Below are positions 26,351 to 35,054 of a DNA stretch of 64,000 nt, piece after piece. Each line of letters starts with the position of its first letter. Positions within the stretch are counted from its first letter, which is position 1. Both the position numbers and the translations under genes were made by a program. A model generated the notes under the pieces. The model did not search any database and was not told the origin of the DNA. It worked only from the letters and a program-made list of their open reading frames with translations. The DNA comes from a virus: the IMG/VR virus record IMGVR_UViG_3300042196_000093; one strand, given 5' to 3'.

Positions 26351-26351
26351 A

Positions 26352-27452
26352 ATGCTCTATGTGATCGAAGACCCCAAGGCTGACAAGTCGAATTTCACCC
26401 CGTTCGCGGTGATCGGTGGGGACCACCACATCCATGCGTGGAAATACCCTGACCCGGAGACACGCATCTACGCCAGCGCCAGCGTGCTCCAGCAGGGTAT
26501 TGACGCGGCAAGAGCAATGGGTGTGCCGCTGATTGTCAACGGCGATCTTACCCACGACAAGAACTCTCTCGACCCGCTGGTGACGGCGATCCTCAGCAGG
26601 ATGTTCAGTGAAGCCCGTACCAAGGGCAGCAAGATCATCCTGAACATCGGCAACCACGAGCGCCCACTGAAATTCCACTCCATGCACACACTTGCGTGCT
26701 TTGAGCCCGTGGTAGACATTGTTGCATCAGACCCGCGTTTGATCCGTCTGACACCACCGGCTTCTATGAAGGCTTGGCCAGTCACAAACAAAGACATGGC
26801 GCTGAATATCCTGCTGGTGCCGTTCTACTACAACCACAAGCACGCGATGGCAGACATCGAATTGCACAAACTCTTGAACAAGGTGCCCGCAGGTGAGCCG
26901 CTGATCTTCGTAGGCCACTATCCGGTAGATGGGGCTGAGGTCAACGGCATCAAGCCACACTTCGGAATAAAGCTGGAGGATTTCCTGCCGACACAGTTCG
27001 AGGCTTTGCTGTTCAATGACATCCACAAAGCGCAGCCAATTTCCGACAAGGCGTACCACCTTGGCTGCACGCACCAGAACACATTCGGGGAGCAGGGCTA
27101 TAAGTACGGCTGGTGGGCGGTCGGACTGTGGGGGAACGACCCCCGCGCCATCACCATAGCCCGGCTCCCCACCACTGCTCCTGAATTCTTTACCGGCGAA
27201 GAAGCCGAGGTCGCTGGTCTCGAAACTCGCGGTGGCTATGTGAGGGAAAAACCAACTACAGTGATCTCACGCTCGCTGGCGGAGCAGGGAGCCCCGCGCA
27301 TCGAATTCACCCAGACAGACCTCGGCGGCGTCATGGAGAAGTACCTCAGCTATCAGGTCAGCCAAGGCATGATGCTGGAGCCAATGAAGGCCAAGATGAA
27401 ACAGGCAGTGGCGGAAATCATGCGCCCAGCCGCTGCACCGGGAGCACGCTAA
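26352..27452 (+). CDS. sbcD: Mre11/SbcD/gp47-like nuclease
   Basis: DHH, GDLTH, GNHE, GHY and NDIH metallophosphoesterase motifs; start refined to ATG 26352. Confidence 0.85.
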   Translation: MLYVIEDPKADKSNFTPFAVIGGDHHIHAWKYPDPETRIYASASVLQQGIDAARAMGVPLIVNGDLTHDKNSLDPLVTAILSRMFSEARTKGSKIILNIGNHERPLKFHSMHTLACFEPVVDIVASDPRLIRLTPPASMKAWPVTNKDMALNILLVPFYYNHKHAMADIELHKLLNKVPAGEPLIFVGHYPVDGAEVNGIKPHFGIKLEDFLPTQFEALLFNDIHKAQPISDKAYHLGCTHQNTFGEQGYKYGWWAVGLWGNDPRAITIARLPTTAPEFFTGEEAEVAGLETRGGYVREKPTTVISRSLAEQGAPRIEFTQTDLGGVMEKYLSYQVSQGMMLEPMKAKMKQAVAEIMRPAAAPGAR

Positions 27453-29461
27453 TGCTTGAGATGATCCACGGTACTAATTTCCGCAGCTACGAAGATGTGA
27501 AGCTGGAGTTCGGAGCCCAGCGCGTGTCCGTGGTGTTTGGAGATTCGTCCAGCGACTTCGCAGACTCCAATGGTGCAGGAAAATCATCACTGATGTACCT
27601 CGTCCTGTGGACGCTGTTCGGTAAATGGCCGGGCATGAGCAACGCCGACTCCTGTGTACGCCAGCCGGTGAACAAGGACTGCTGCGGAATCGTCTGGCTC
27701 AAGAAGCCAGAGGGCCGCTACGCCATCAGCCGCTATCGCAGGCACATCCTTCATGGCAACAACGTCTTCATCCAACCACCGAACCAGAATAGTGCAGCCA
27801 CGCTCGCCCCGGACATCATCAGCGGCGACCTCAAGATGATGAACGACAGGATCGAGGGCCTGCTGGGCATGAACTACGAGACATTCGTGCGCACGATGGT
27901 GTTCACCGGCTCCGAGCATGAGACTTTTGCCTTGATGACGGACAAAGAACAGAAGGCTTTGCTCGATACCATCGTCCCACTGGATTTTTCCGGTTTGCTT
28001 GATCGTGCCAAGGGGAAATTCAAGCAGGCAATGGAGACCGAGATCGAATGTGGCGGCGTCAGCAAGGCAATTGATGGTTGGCTCACACGCAACGAAGCTG
28101 CTCTGCTGGAAATTGAACAGCAGAAGAAAGACTTAGCCAAAGAACGCGACGAAGACGCCATCCTGCATGGGCTTGCAGATGCCGAACAGGCGGAAAGCTA
28201 CATGCAGGCAGAGATCGAAGCCGCTACACGCGCCCGCGAAGAACTCTGGCCAAAGATTTCTCAGGCAGAATCCGAAGTCACCGCCTACAAGCCGGTGGTG
28301 AAGGCTTTCGAGGACGCCAGAGAACGCTGGGAAATGTTTTCCAATTCTACTTCACGGCTGAAAGAACAAGAAGAAGAACGCACTCGCGCTCTTAGCCTGC
28401 TCGACGAGGACATCAAGCGTGAAAATCACCATCTCGATCAGCACAAAGCAGGAAAAACTTGCCACACGTGCGGGCAGCCTCTCGGGCCGGAAGCATTGGC
28501 GACGGCGGTGGCTTCGGCAAAGAAAACCTTAGATCGAGTGCAGACACAGAAGATCGACGCCATCAGGCGTTACGACAATCTCCAGCAAGACTACCTCAGC
28601 CGCCAAACAAAATCAGGCTTCGACGCTGATACAGCAGCCAAGTACACCGTAGACTACAAGGCCGCGCATACCCATCTGCATTCTCTCAGTGACGCCCTTG
28701 ATGTATTGACACGTCAAGACAGACAACACGACACAACAATTTCCACGTCCAGACGTGAACAGGCAGAAGCAAAGCGGCGAATCGAACATCTCACCTCACT
28801 GTTGAAGCCAGACGACACACGCGGGAATGAGTTGAAGGAAAAAGCCAAAAAGCTCTCCGAAGACAACGACCGGCTCAAGCGCGACCGAAAGCATTCTGGC
28901 GACAACCAGCAACGGTGGGCAGATGAGAAGGCCCTCTGGAGCAACGTCGTCGATATGTTCGGAGGCGGCAAAGGCAGCCTACAGCACTTCCTGTTCGAGT
29001 CCCTGCTGCCGGAGATGACGGCCACGGCCCAGATGTTCCTGAGCCTGTTCTCCAAGGACGAGCTACGTGTGGCCTTCAAGTCCCACAAAGCCAAAGGCAG
29101 CAAGACCGTCGAGGGCTTCTACATCGAGGCCACGAAGGGTGCCCAGACCAAAGGCTATGGCGACCTAAGCGGCGGCGAACGCAGGCGCGTGGACTTCTGC
29201 ATTTTCCTCACACTGCATCTGATGGCGGCCAAGCATGTCTTTTCAACCGGCGTTCTATTCCTTGACGAGATTGCAGACTTCATGGACGACACCGGCCAGC
29301 AGAGCATCGTGTCCTCCGTGCTGGATTTCCTCTGTCAGCAGTACGGCGTGTCATGCCTTCTGTTGACCAACAAGCGGGAACTGGTAGCGTCTGTGGCTCA
29401 CGGATACCGCTGCGAGATGGCCGATGGAGTATCGCGGTTGGTTTCCGTTCAGGAGACCTAA
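27452..29461 (+). CDS. sbcC: Rad50/SbcC/gp46-like ABC ATPase
   Basis: SNGAGKSS Walker A, coiled coils with CHTCG Zn hook, LSGGERRR signature, LFLDEI Walker B. Confidence 0.92.
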   Translation: MLEMIHGTNFRSYEDVKLEFGAQRVSVVFGDSSSDFADSNGAGKSSLMYLVLWTLFGKWPGMSNADSCVRQPVNKDCCGIVWLKKPEGRYAISRYRRHILHGNNVFIQPPNQNSAATLAPDIISGDLKMMNDRIEGLLGMNYETFVRTMVFTGSEHETFALMTDKEQKALLDTIVPLDFSGLLDRAKGKFKQAMETEIECGGVSKAIDGWLTRNEAALLEIEQQKKDLAKERDEDAILHGLADAEQAESYMQAEIEAATRAREELWPKISQAESEVTAYKPVVKAFEDARERWEMFSNSTSRLKEQEEERTRALSLLDEDIKRENHHLDQHKAGKTCHTCGQPLGPEALATAVASAKKTLDRVQTQKIDAIRRYDNLQQDYLSRQTKSGFDADTAAKYTVDYKAAHTHLHSLSDALDVLTRQDRQHDTTISTSRREQAEAKRRIEHLTSLLKPDDTRGNELKEKAKKLSEDNDRLKRDRKHSGDNQQRWADEKALWSNVVDMFGGGKGSLQHFLFESLLPEMTATAQMFLSLFSKDELRVAFKSHKAKGSKTVEGFYIEATKGAQTKGYGDLSGGERRRVDFCIFLTLHLMAAKHVFSTGVLFLDEIADFMDDTGQQSIVSSVLDFLCQQYGVSCLLLTNKRELVASVAHGYRCEMADGVSRLVSVQET

Positions 29462-29977
29462 GTGGCTATCCCTCCGCAGGCGCACAGGGAACCCCTGTTT
29501 GCGATCTACCATGAGTTCGTAGAGCCTCAGCAAGAGGGAAATGTTTTCCTGTCGCACAACGATGTCGTCGAAGCCGCCCGTCAGTCTCTGTTGCAGCCAT
29601 TGGCCAAGAACTACGACCCAGAGACTGACTTGTTTTTCTTTGACGGCATGGCGTGGAAAATGGAGGACTGCTTTTACATTGCTCGCAAAATCAACACAGA
29701 CCATCCCTATGCACTGCAATGGCTCACCGACAAGGGTTACGACGTGCAGGGCGCTCCGATGGGTTGGGTCTTTGAACTGATCTTCGACAATGGCAGATCA
29801 CTAACCACTGCACATCGCTACGACATCCGCCACACTCCGCGTCTGAAATTCGGCAAGACGAACTTCGTCCTGATGGACACCGCAATCGTGAACCTGCAAA
29901 GAGTCGTTCACCTGAACTACTTCTGGGCCAACTTGGACCTTCATGTCGCTCACCTTCAAAAGAAATCTGCCCGTTGA
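29462..29977 (+). CDS. hypothetical
   Basis: GTG start directly after the sbcC-like stop. Confidence 0.6.
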   Translation: MAIPPQAHREPLFAIYHEFVEPQQEGNVFLSHNDVVEAARQSLLQPLAKNYDPETDLFFFDGMAWKMEDCFYIARKINTDHPYALQWLTDKGYDVQGAPMGWVFELIFDNGRSLTTAHRYDIRHTPRLKFGKTNFVLMDTAIVNLQRVVHLNYFWANLDLHVAHLQKKSAR

Positions 29978-30728
29978 TTTCATCATCGGAATAGACCCCG
30001 GCTACGCCACGCAGGGGATCAACGTATTCGACTGCCGCCATCCGGTGCCGAAGCTCCTGATGTCCAAGGCCACGGTCACGGACAGCGAGAGCGACATCTG
30101 GTACAGAGTGGAGTGGCAATTCCAGCGCATCCGCGACGTGCTTGCTTGGCTCGGCCAGCATGGCAACGTCCCGCTGAACTGTCTGCTGGTACTGGAGGAG
30201 TACAGGGTCGCAGGCGGCCAGAAGACAAGCCCTGCCGTGATCTACAATCGGGCCTTCTACGATGCCCTGTTCCGCGAGCGCATGGCTCGTTTCTTCCGCT
30301 TTGCCATCACAGTCCACCCGATGATCGTCCGCCTGTTCTCCGGGCTCACGGAAAAGCAAGTCGTCACGGACCAGAAAACCAACAAGCCCAAGACGAAGAA
30401 TGTTCCGCACTCGATCTACGACGGCAGCATAGCAGGCGTGCTGAAATACATCCTGCACGTCTGGCCGGAGCTTCTGCACCCGAGCGTAGCAGTAGAAGCC
30501 TCTGAATTCCACCAAGTAGAGTGGCTGGGCAAGAAGCCAGCAAGACCGGGAACAAAGGGAAGTTGGGTTGCCCACGTAGGCGATGCTATGGTAATGTCCC
30601 TCATCGGGATGACGGCCTTCATCTATCCCGGCATGATGGAACGGTGGAATGAAAGCCAGCGCGGGAAAATCAAGTCGCTCGAAGAAACCTACGATTTCCA
30701 AGAGGAAATCAACCGCACCTTCCGCTAG
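29943..30728 (+). CDS. RuvC-like Holliday junction resolvase
   Basis: IIGIDPG, LVLEEY and late GDA acidic catalytic pattern. Confidence 0.7.
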   Translation: MSLTFKRNLPVDFIIGIDPGYATQGINVFDCRHPVPKLLMSKATVTDSESDIWYRVEWQFQRIRDVLAWLGQHGNVPLNCLLVLEEYRVAGGQKTSPAVIYNRAFYDALFRERMARFFRFAITVHPMIVRLFSGLTEKQVVTDQKTNKPKTKNVPHSIYDGSIAGVLKYILHVWPELLHPSVAVEASEFHQVEWLGKKPARPGTKGSWVAHVGDAMVMSLIGMTAFIYPGMMERWNESQRGKIKSLEETYDFQEEINRTFR

Positions 30729-31506
30729 GTATCCTTTCGACAACGACGCTGCGGAAGAACTGGCCGTCAAGTTCCAAAAGCATCCAAACAGCCTCGATGC
30801 TCAAGGCGACTTCTACACGATCATGCACCCGATGGTCGTAGCCGCTGTCAACACCTTTGCTGGCAGCACAGATTCCCACACACGCGAAGATTTGACGCAG
30901 GACGCCCTGCTGAAAATCGACGCCGCCATTGATTCATTCGACCGGCGCAATGGCAAGCTGCACTCGTGGGCCACCATGATCACGAAGAATCTCTGCATCG
31001 ACTATTTCCGCCGCCAGCGCACAGAGTTCATGGATAACAGGACTCTGGACATGATGCACGAGGGCACCGTAGACAAGTTGTTGGACACAGAGTTTTTCAC
31101 CGAGCTTCGAGCCTTCTTCCCGTTCTACTGCCCAAGCCGCCTGTTCGCCCTGCTGTACGAAGCCGTCGAACGCAGCCAGTTCACTATTAGCCCGGCTGTG
31201 ATCCGACGCATCGACGTGATCTTGACTAAAGAGGAAATTGACACGTCAAGTGCGGGCCGCCCGGTAGACATCGCGCAGTTCCTTGTGGCGATGATCCGTG
31301 GCTGGCTGTTCATGCACAATGAGGAGCATCAAGCAGAGATCGTCGCCCGGATCGAGCACTACCCGCGTCTGGGGGCCATTCGCGCCCTCAAGCATTACAT
31401 CGGTGCAAAGCGGGCCGCCTTGGCGATTTTCCTGTTGGGTGGCATGTCCGTGAAAGTCCCTACTGCGCAGGAAATCATGGAACACACCACCCAAGACTAT
31501 CGCTAG
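30649..31506 (+). CDS. phage sigma-like factor (ECF-type region 2, atypical C-terminus); probable late transcription factor
   Basis: EDLTQDALLKI...SFDRRNGKLHSWATMITKNLCIDYFRRQR matches sigma region 2; no clear region 4 HTH. Confidence 0.75.
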   Translation: MKASAGKSSRSKKPTISKRKSTAPSARYPFDNDAAEELAVKFQKHPNSLDAQGDFYTIMHPMVVAAVNTFAGSTDSHTREDLTQDALLKIDAAIDSFDRRNGKLHSWATMITKNLCIDYFRRQRTEFMDNRTLDMMHEGTVDKLLDTEFFTELRAFFPFYCPSRLFALLYEAVERSQFTISPAVIRRIDVILTKEEIDTSSAGRPVDIAQFLVAMIRGWLFMHNEEHQAEIVARIEHYPRLGAIRALKHYIGAKRAALAIFLLGGMSVKVPTAQEIMEHTTQDYR

Positions 31507-32195
31507 ACATTCATGTAGATGAAGCGGATTCCAAGCAGACGACAGTTGTTCGTCGGGACAATCTGGATGCCAAAGAAGTCCCCGGCATTTATCAACGTCA
31601 GCACTGCTGCCAAGCTCTGAGCGTAGATGAAATTCGTAGTCCGCACTGCCGCGCCAATGATAACCGTCTGACTGTGCGTGGTGGAAATTTCACCCAGCGT
31701 GCCGTAGTCACTGTTGAACGTGAAGCCGATGGCATCGGTGTTGTTCTTGATGTAGACAAGCTCGACACTGACAAGCGAAACAAAGTCAGTAGGAATAAAG
31801 CCTGTGATGTAGCGTGTTGCCCCAGCAGGGCCGCCGACCTGAAAATCACCATTGTTGTTATTGTGCCCGTCGTAGACCGCTGGGAACCACAGTTCAATGG
31901 CACCGAGGGAAATCGAGATGTCCACCTGCTCATCATCAAAGTCCACGGCAGAGACGTTCGGGCCAACGAAGTTCAGCTTGCTAAACGGAGACTGTGCGAC
32001 CACCACGCCTTCATCCTGCACCTCAATGTAAGAGGTCGCAGTTGGGCCTGTGCGGTTGTCAATCTTGGTGTTGAGGCCGATGATCTCGTCTTTGCACTTG
32101 GCAAAGTTGTCCTCAATGTCAGCTACATAGGTTGCCGGAGTAATCGGCAACGTGAGGTCATTTCCTACGCCAGAGAACGGTGGGTCGTTGGCCAT
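31503..32195 (-). CDS. tail fibre / receptor-binding-like protein
   Basis: VQDEGVVV...LNFVGPNVSA motif typical of tail appendage proteins; last gene of the tail operon. Confidence 0.55.
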   Translation of the reverse strand: MANDPPFSGVGNDLTLPITPATYVADIEDNFAKCKDEIIGLNTKIDNRTGPTATSYIEVQDEGVVVAQSPFSKLNFVGPNVSAVDFDDEQVDISISLGAIELWFPAVYDGHNNNNGDFQVGGPAGATRYITGFIPTDFVSLVSVELVYIKNNTDAIGFTFNSDYGTLGEISTTHSQTVIIGAAVRTTNFIYAQSLAAVLTLINAGDFFGIQIVPTNNCRLLGIRFIYMNV

Positions 32196-32198
32196 CTG

Positions 32199-32498
32199 CT
32201 ATCCCTCCAGCCTGTAGTAGCTGATGAGTACATTCAGCACGCCGTCTTTTGGCGGCAATACGCTGACGGAAAATATCAACGCCTTTGTTTCATGCAGCCG
32301 TGCCATCTGCTCGTTGACTTGCTCCAGAGGAACAATTTCCGCCTGTGGCTTCGCCATCCGAGAGAACTGAAAGGCGTAGGCCATGTTCATCATCATGGCA
32401 GCCTGCCCCAGAACACCGGGGTTTGCTGCCGCCTTAGCCATCGCCTCCTTGATCTGCTCAGGAGTAGGCACGTTCGGTTTTTTAGGTTCGTCGCTCAT
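32199..32498 (-). CDS. small hypothetical in the tail operon
   Basis: ORF track, SD AGGA. Confidence 0.6.
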   Translation of the reverse strand: MSDEPKKPNVPTPEQIKEAMAKAAANPGVLGQAAMMMNMAYAFQFSRMAKPQAEIVPLEQVNEQMARLHETKALIFSVSVLPPKDGVLNVLISYYRLEG

Positions 32499-32502
32499 TT
32501 TC

Positions 32503-33279
32503 CTACACGCAAACGGTTGTCACTTCGGTTATTCCCCAGCTTACAATGTCGATGCCCCAGCCGATAGGCGGACTCCCCCATTGCCAGCGCGGGTCGTTCC
32601 ACGGGATCAAAGCTGAACTCTGCTTGCACGTCAAGCTGCCAAAGCCACCAAACCGATGACTGTTGAGCGGGTCGATGTAGCCCGGCCAGTAGTTGTCGCC
32701 GTGAAAATAGATCACCGGGTCAATGATGATCTCGTCCAACGCGCCCAACGGCGGCAGAGGAATGGCCAACCCAGCACGGTAAGCATTGAGTCCTACCTGA
32801 ATCACCGGGGGCAGATCGCCGAACTGGACAGTCTCCAGACCCATCAAGTAGCTAAGGTCGAGGCTGTCTACGTCGTTGATCTCGTGGTAGCTGCGAGTGA
32901 ACACATCGCTGGTATTGATGAGGGCACGGCCTACGACCGTCAGATTGCCTGTCTTGTCAATCTGGATCATCACCGGCGTGTTGGTCTCGTCAGCCGCGTC
33001 AGAGACCAACTGGCGAGCTTGGTTCGCTACCAGCACGTCGATGGCAAGAGGCTGGCCGGGAAATTCTATCAAACGGACGTTGACCACGAAGCCTATCTGC
33101 GTAGGGTCGCCGGGGCCAGCGTCTATGGGGAATACCTTCCTGCGTATCGAGCCGACCGTGACGCCCGTGGTAAATTGCCGTCCTGCCTTGATTTCCTCTT
33201 TGGCCAATTTACGGATAACGCCCCAGAGCTTCTGGGCTTCTTTTTCCGTCAAAGGACCGCCAACGAATCTTGTAGGCAT
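32503..33279 (-). CDS. putative tail tip protein
   Basis: Position; TAATG coupling with the upstream gene. Confidence 0.55.
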   Translation of the reverse strand: MPTRFVGGPLTEKEAQKLWGVIRKLAKEEIKAGRQFTTGVTVGSIRRKVFPIDAGPGDPTQIGFVVNVRLIEFPGQPLAIDVLVANQARQLVSDAADETNTPVMIQIDKTGNLTVVGRALINTSDVFTRSYHEINDVDSLDLSYLMGLETVQFGDLPPVIQVGLNAYRAGLAIPLPPLGALDEIIIDPVIYFHGDNYWPGYIDPLNSHRFGGFGSLTCKQSSALIPWNDPRWQWGSPPIGWGIDIVSWGITEVTTVCV

Positions 33280-35054
33280 TATGGAACTCGGAACGCTGTG
33301 ATCTGCTGTGTGCTTGGCGAATCTCCACGGACCAATTCGCGTGTGATCGCTTTGACGAAGTACCGGAAGCCAGAGTCCTGATCCTGAATGATGTCAGCAG
33401 GCTCAAGAAGAATATCCCGCACCATCTGCATTTCCCGCGAACCCTGCTGTGCAAGCAGGATTGAAAGCTCACGGATCGCAAAGGTTTGCAGACCGGGGTT
33501 CGTTACTGCCGGTTCTGTACCCGACGCTGGAACCGGCGAATCTGCGAGCGTACTGAAAATGTAATTTTTGATTTCAACGTCTTTGCGCTCCCATTCGCGG
33601 AAAGGCTGACCACCGGAAATCTGCGAGAACTGTGCGAGGATTGCATCGTGGCGAAGTTCCTCATAGACGGTTTCAAAGGGAACGCCCCAGATTTCAAAGT
33701 CAAAGTTGGCGATCTGCTGGAGCACGAACAGACCCCCAAGGAGAAGCAGGCTGGCGGCTGTCTGGGCAATTACCTGCAACGGGTCCACGGTTGTCCGGGC
33801 TCCGGGCGTGCCGGTCTCAAACGGCGTGAGTAGCGCGGCCACAACCGTCAAGCCAATGTACCCGGCGAAGACAGCAGCGAGCAAGCCGATGATGAGCAAC
33901 GTGTCGTTCTCAATTTCCACTTTGTAGTGGAACTCGCTTACATCCGTCAGGTCTGGAGGCGAGACCGAAGTGATGAAGCCGTCTGTGTGGAATTTCCTGA
34001 TGCGCGGTGTTTCGACGGATTTTCCGTTGCCATCAATCACCGCCCCACCGACCTTCACCCTGTAGCTCTGCTGCTCATCATTTCCCCAATTCGACTCGAA
34101 CTGCATGTGAGGATCGAAGAAGCCAAAGGTGCCGTCGATGAACACCAGCTTCTGGTCGCCCTTTATCACGTCGGTCAAGTCTTTGGCCAAGCCCTTTGCG
34201 ATGACTGCGTTCAGGTTCGTGTAGCTGGCATCGGGCTGCGAGATCGAAACGATGTGTGTGCTGCGGTACTGGCGCACGGGGGCCTTGGTGATGTTCCTGT
34301 CGCGGACCACGACACGACCTTCCCCGTTGACGCCGGGCACGCGGTGCAGCACCTGTAGAAGCTGTGTCAGGGCCTCCCAGACGGCAATCTGAACGAACTG
34401 TAGCTGCTTCTCGATCCTGTAGGGCAGCGGGCCGATCTGCACCTCATCTGGCTGGAGGCCCATGCCCCAATCCGGGTCTACGCAGATTTCCTTGGCGATC
34501 AGGCCCACGTCGTCATAGTCATTGCGTACAGAGCCCGGTGCAGGGTTCGACTTGTTGTTCGGTATCCACACGCCGTCACTGGTAATCTCAAAGTCTGCGA
34601 ACTGCCGCTCGCGGGAAACAAACGTCACTGTCACATTACGAATTTCCCCACGTGCGCCCTGACCTTCTGCCGGGCTGGCTGCGAATGGCTTGAGTGTCTC
34701 GGAGGAGCCGGGCTGTCCTACGCGCCAGCCGGTGAAGGTAGTTGGCCACAGAGCGATGTCCACGAACTCGTCGCCTTCACGAATCTGGATGATGCAGTTG
34801 TAGAAAATGCCAAGAGGCAGCTTGTTGATGGCAAAGGTGATCGACACCGAGGAAGCATCTGTCTCCATGTCGAGGCTGATCGAGGCGCTCTGGACTTGCT
34901 CCGTCACATCCATCGGCGTCTGTGTGTACGTCCCGCGCACGATGTCGCTGTCTGTGTCGAGCCAGCGGGAAAACAAGAAAATCTGGTACGCTGGCTTCTG
35001 CTGCAAGCTCTGCGTGCGCTGGTCTAACTTCGTGCCTATGAGTGAAGTAAGCAT
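33279..35054 (-). CDS. putative tail hub / central tail-tip protein
   Basis: 591 aa, beta-rich, with a hydrophobic stretch; position downstream of the tape measure gene. Confidence 0.55.
   Translation of the reverse strand: MLTSLIGTKLDQRTQSLQQKPAYQIFLFSRWLDTDSDIVRGTYTQTPMDVTEQVQSASISLDMETDASSVSITFAINKLPLGIFYNCIIQIREGDEFVDIALWPTTFTGWRVGQPGSSETLKPFAASPAEGQGARGEIRNVTVTFVSRERQFADFEITSDGVWIPNNKSNPAPGSVRNDYDDVGLIAKEICVDPDWGMGLQPDEVQIGPLPYRIEKQLQFVQIAVWEALTQLLQVLHRVPGVNGEGRVVVRDRNITKAPVRQYRSTHIVSISQPDASYTNLNAVIAKGLAKDLTDVIKGDQKLVFIDGTFGFFDPHMQFESNWGNDEQQSYRVKVGGAVIDGNGKSVETPRIRKFHTDGFITSVSPPDLTDVSEFHYKVEIENDTLLIIGLLAAVFAGYIGLTVVAALLTPFETGTPGARTTVDPLQVIAQTAASLLLLGGLFVLQQIANFDFEIWGVPFETVYEELRHDAILAQFSQISGGQPFREWERKDVEIKNYIFSTLADSPVPASGTEPAVTNPGLQTFAIRELSILLAQQGSREMQMVRDILLEPADIIQDQDSGFRYFVKAITRELVRGDSPSTQQITAFRVP

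Noticed and set aside
29724-30770. Long antisense ORFs (for example 29724..30770 minus, 50786..52309 plus, 9387..10340 plus, 44021..45061 plus)
   Set aside because: They are shadows of real genes on the opposite strand, typical of GC-rich codon usage; no RBS or recognisable motifs.
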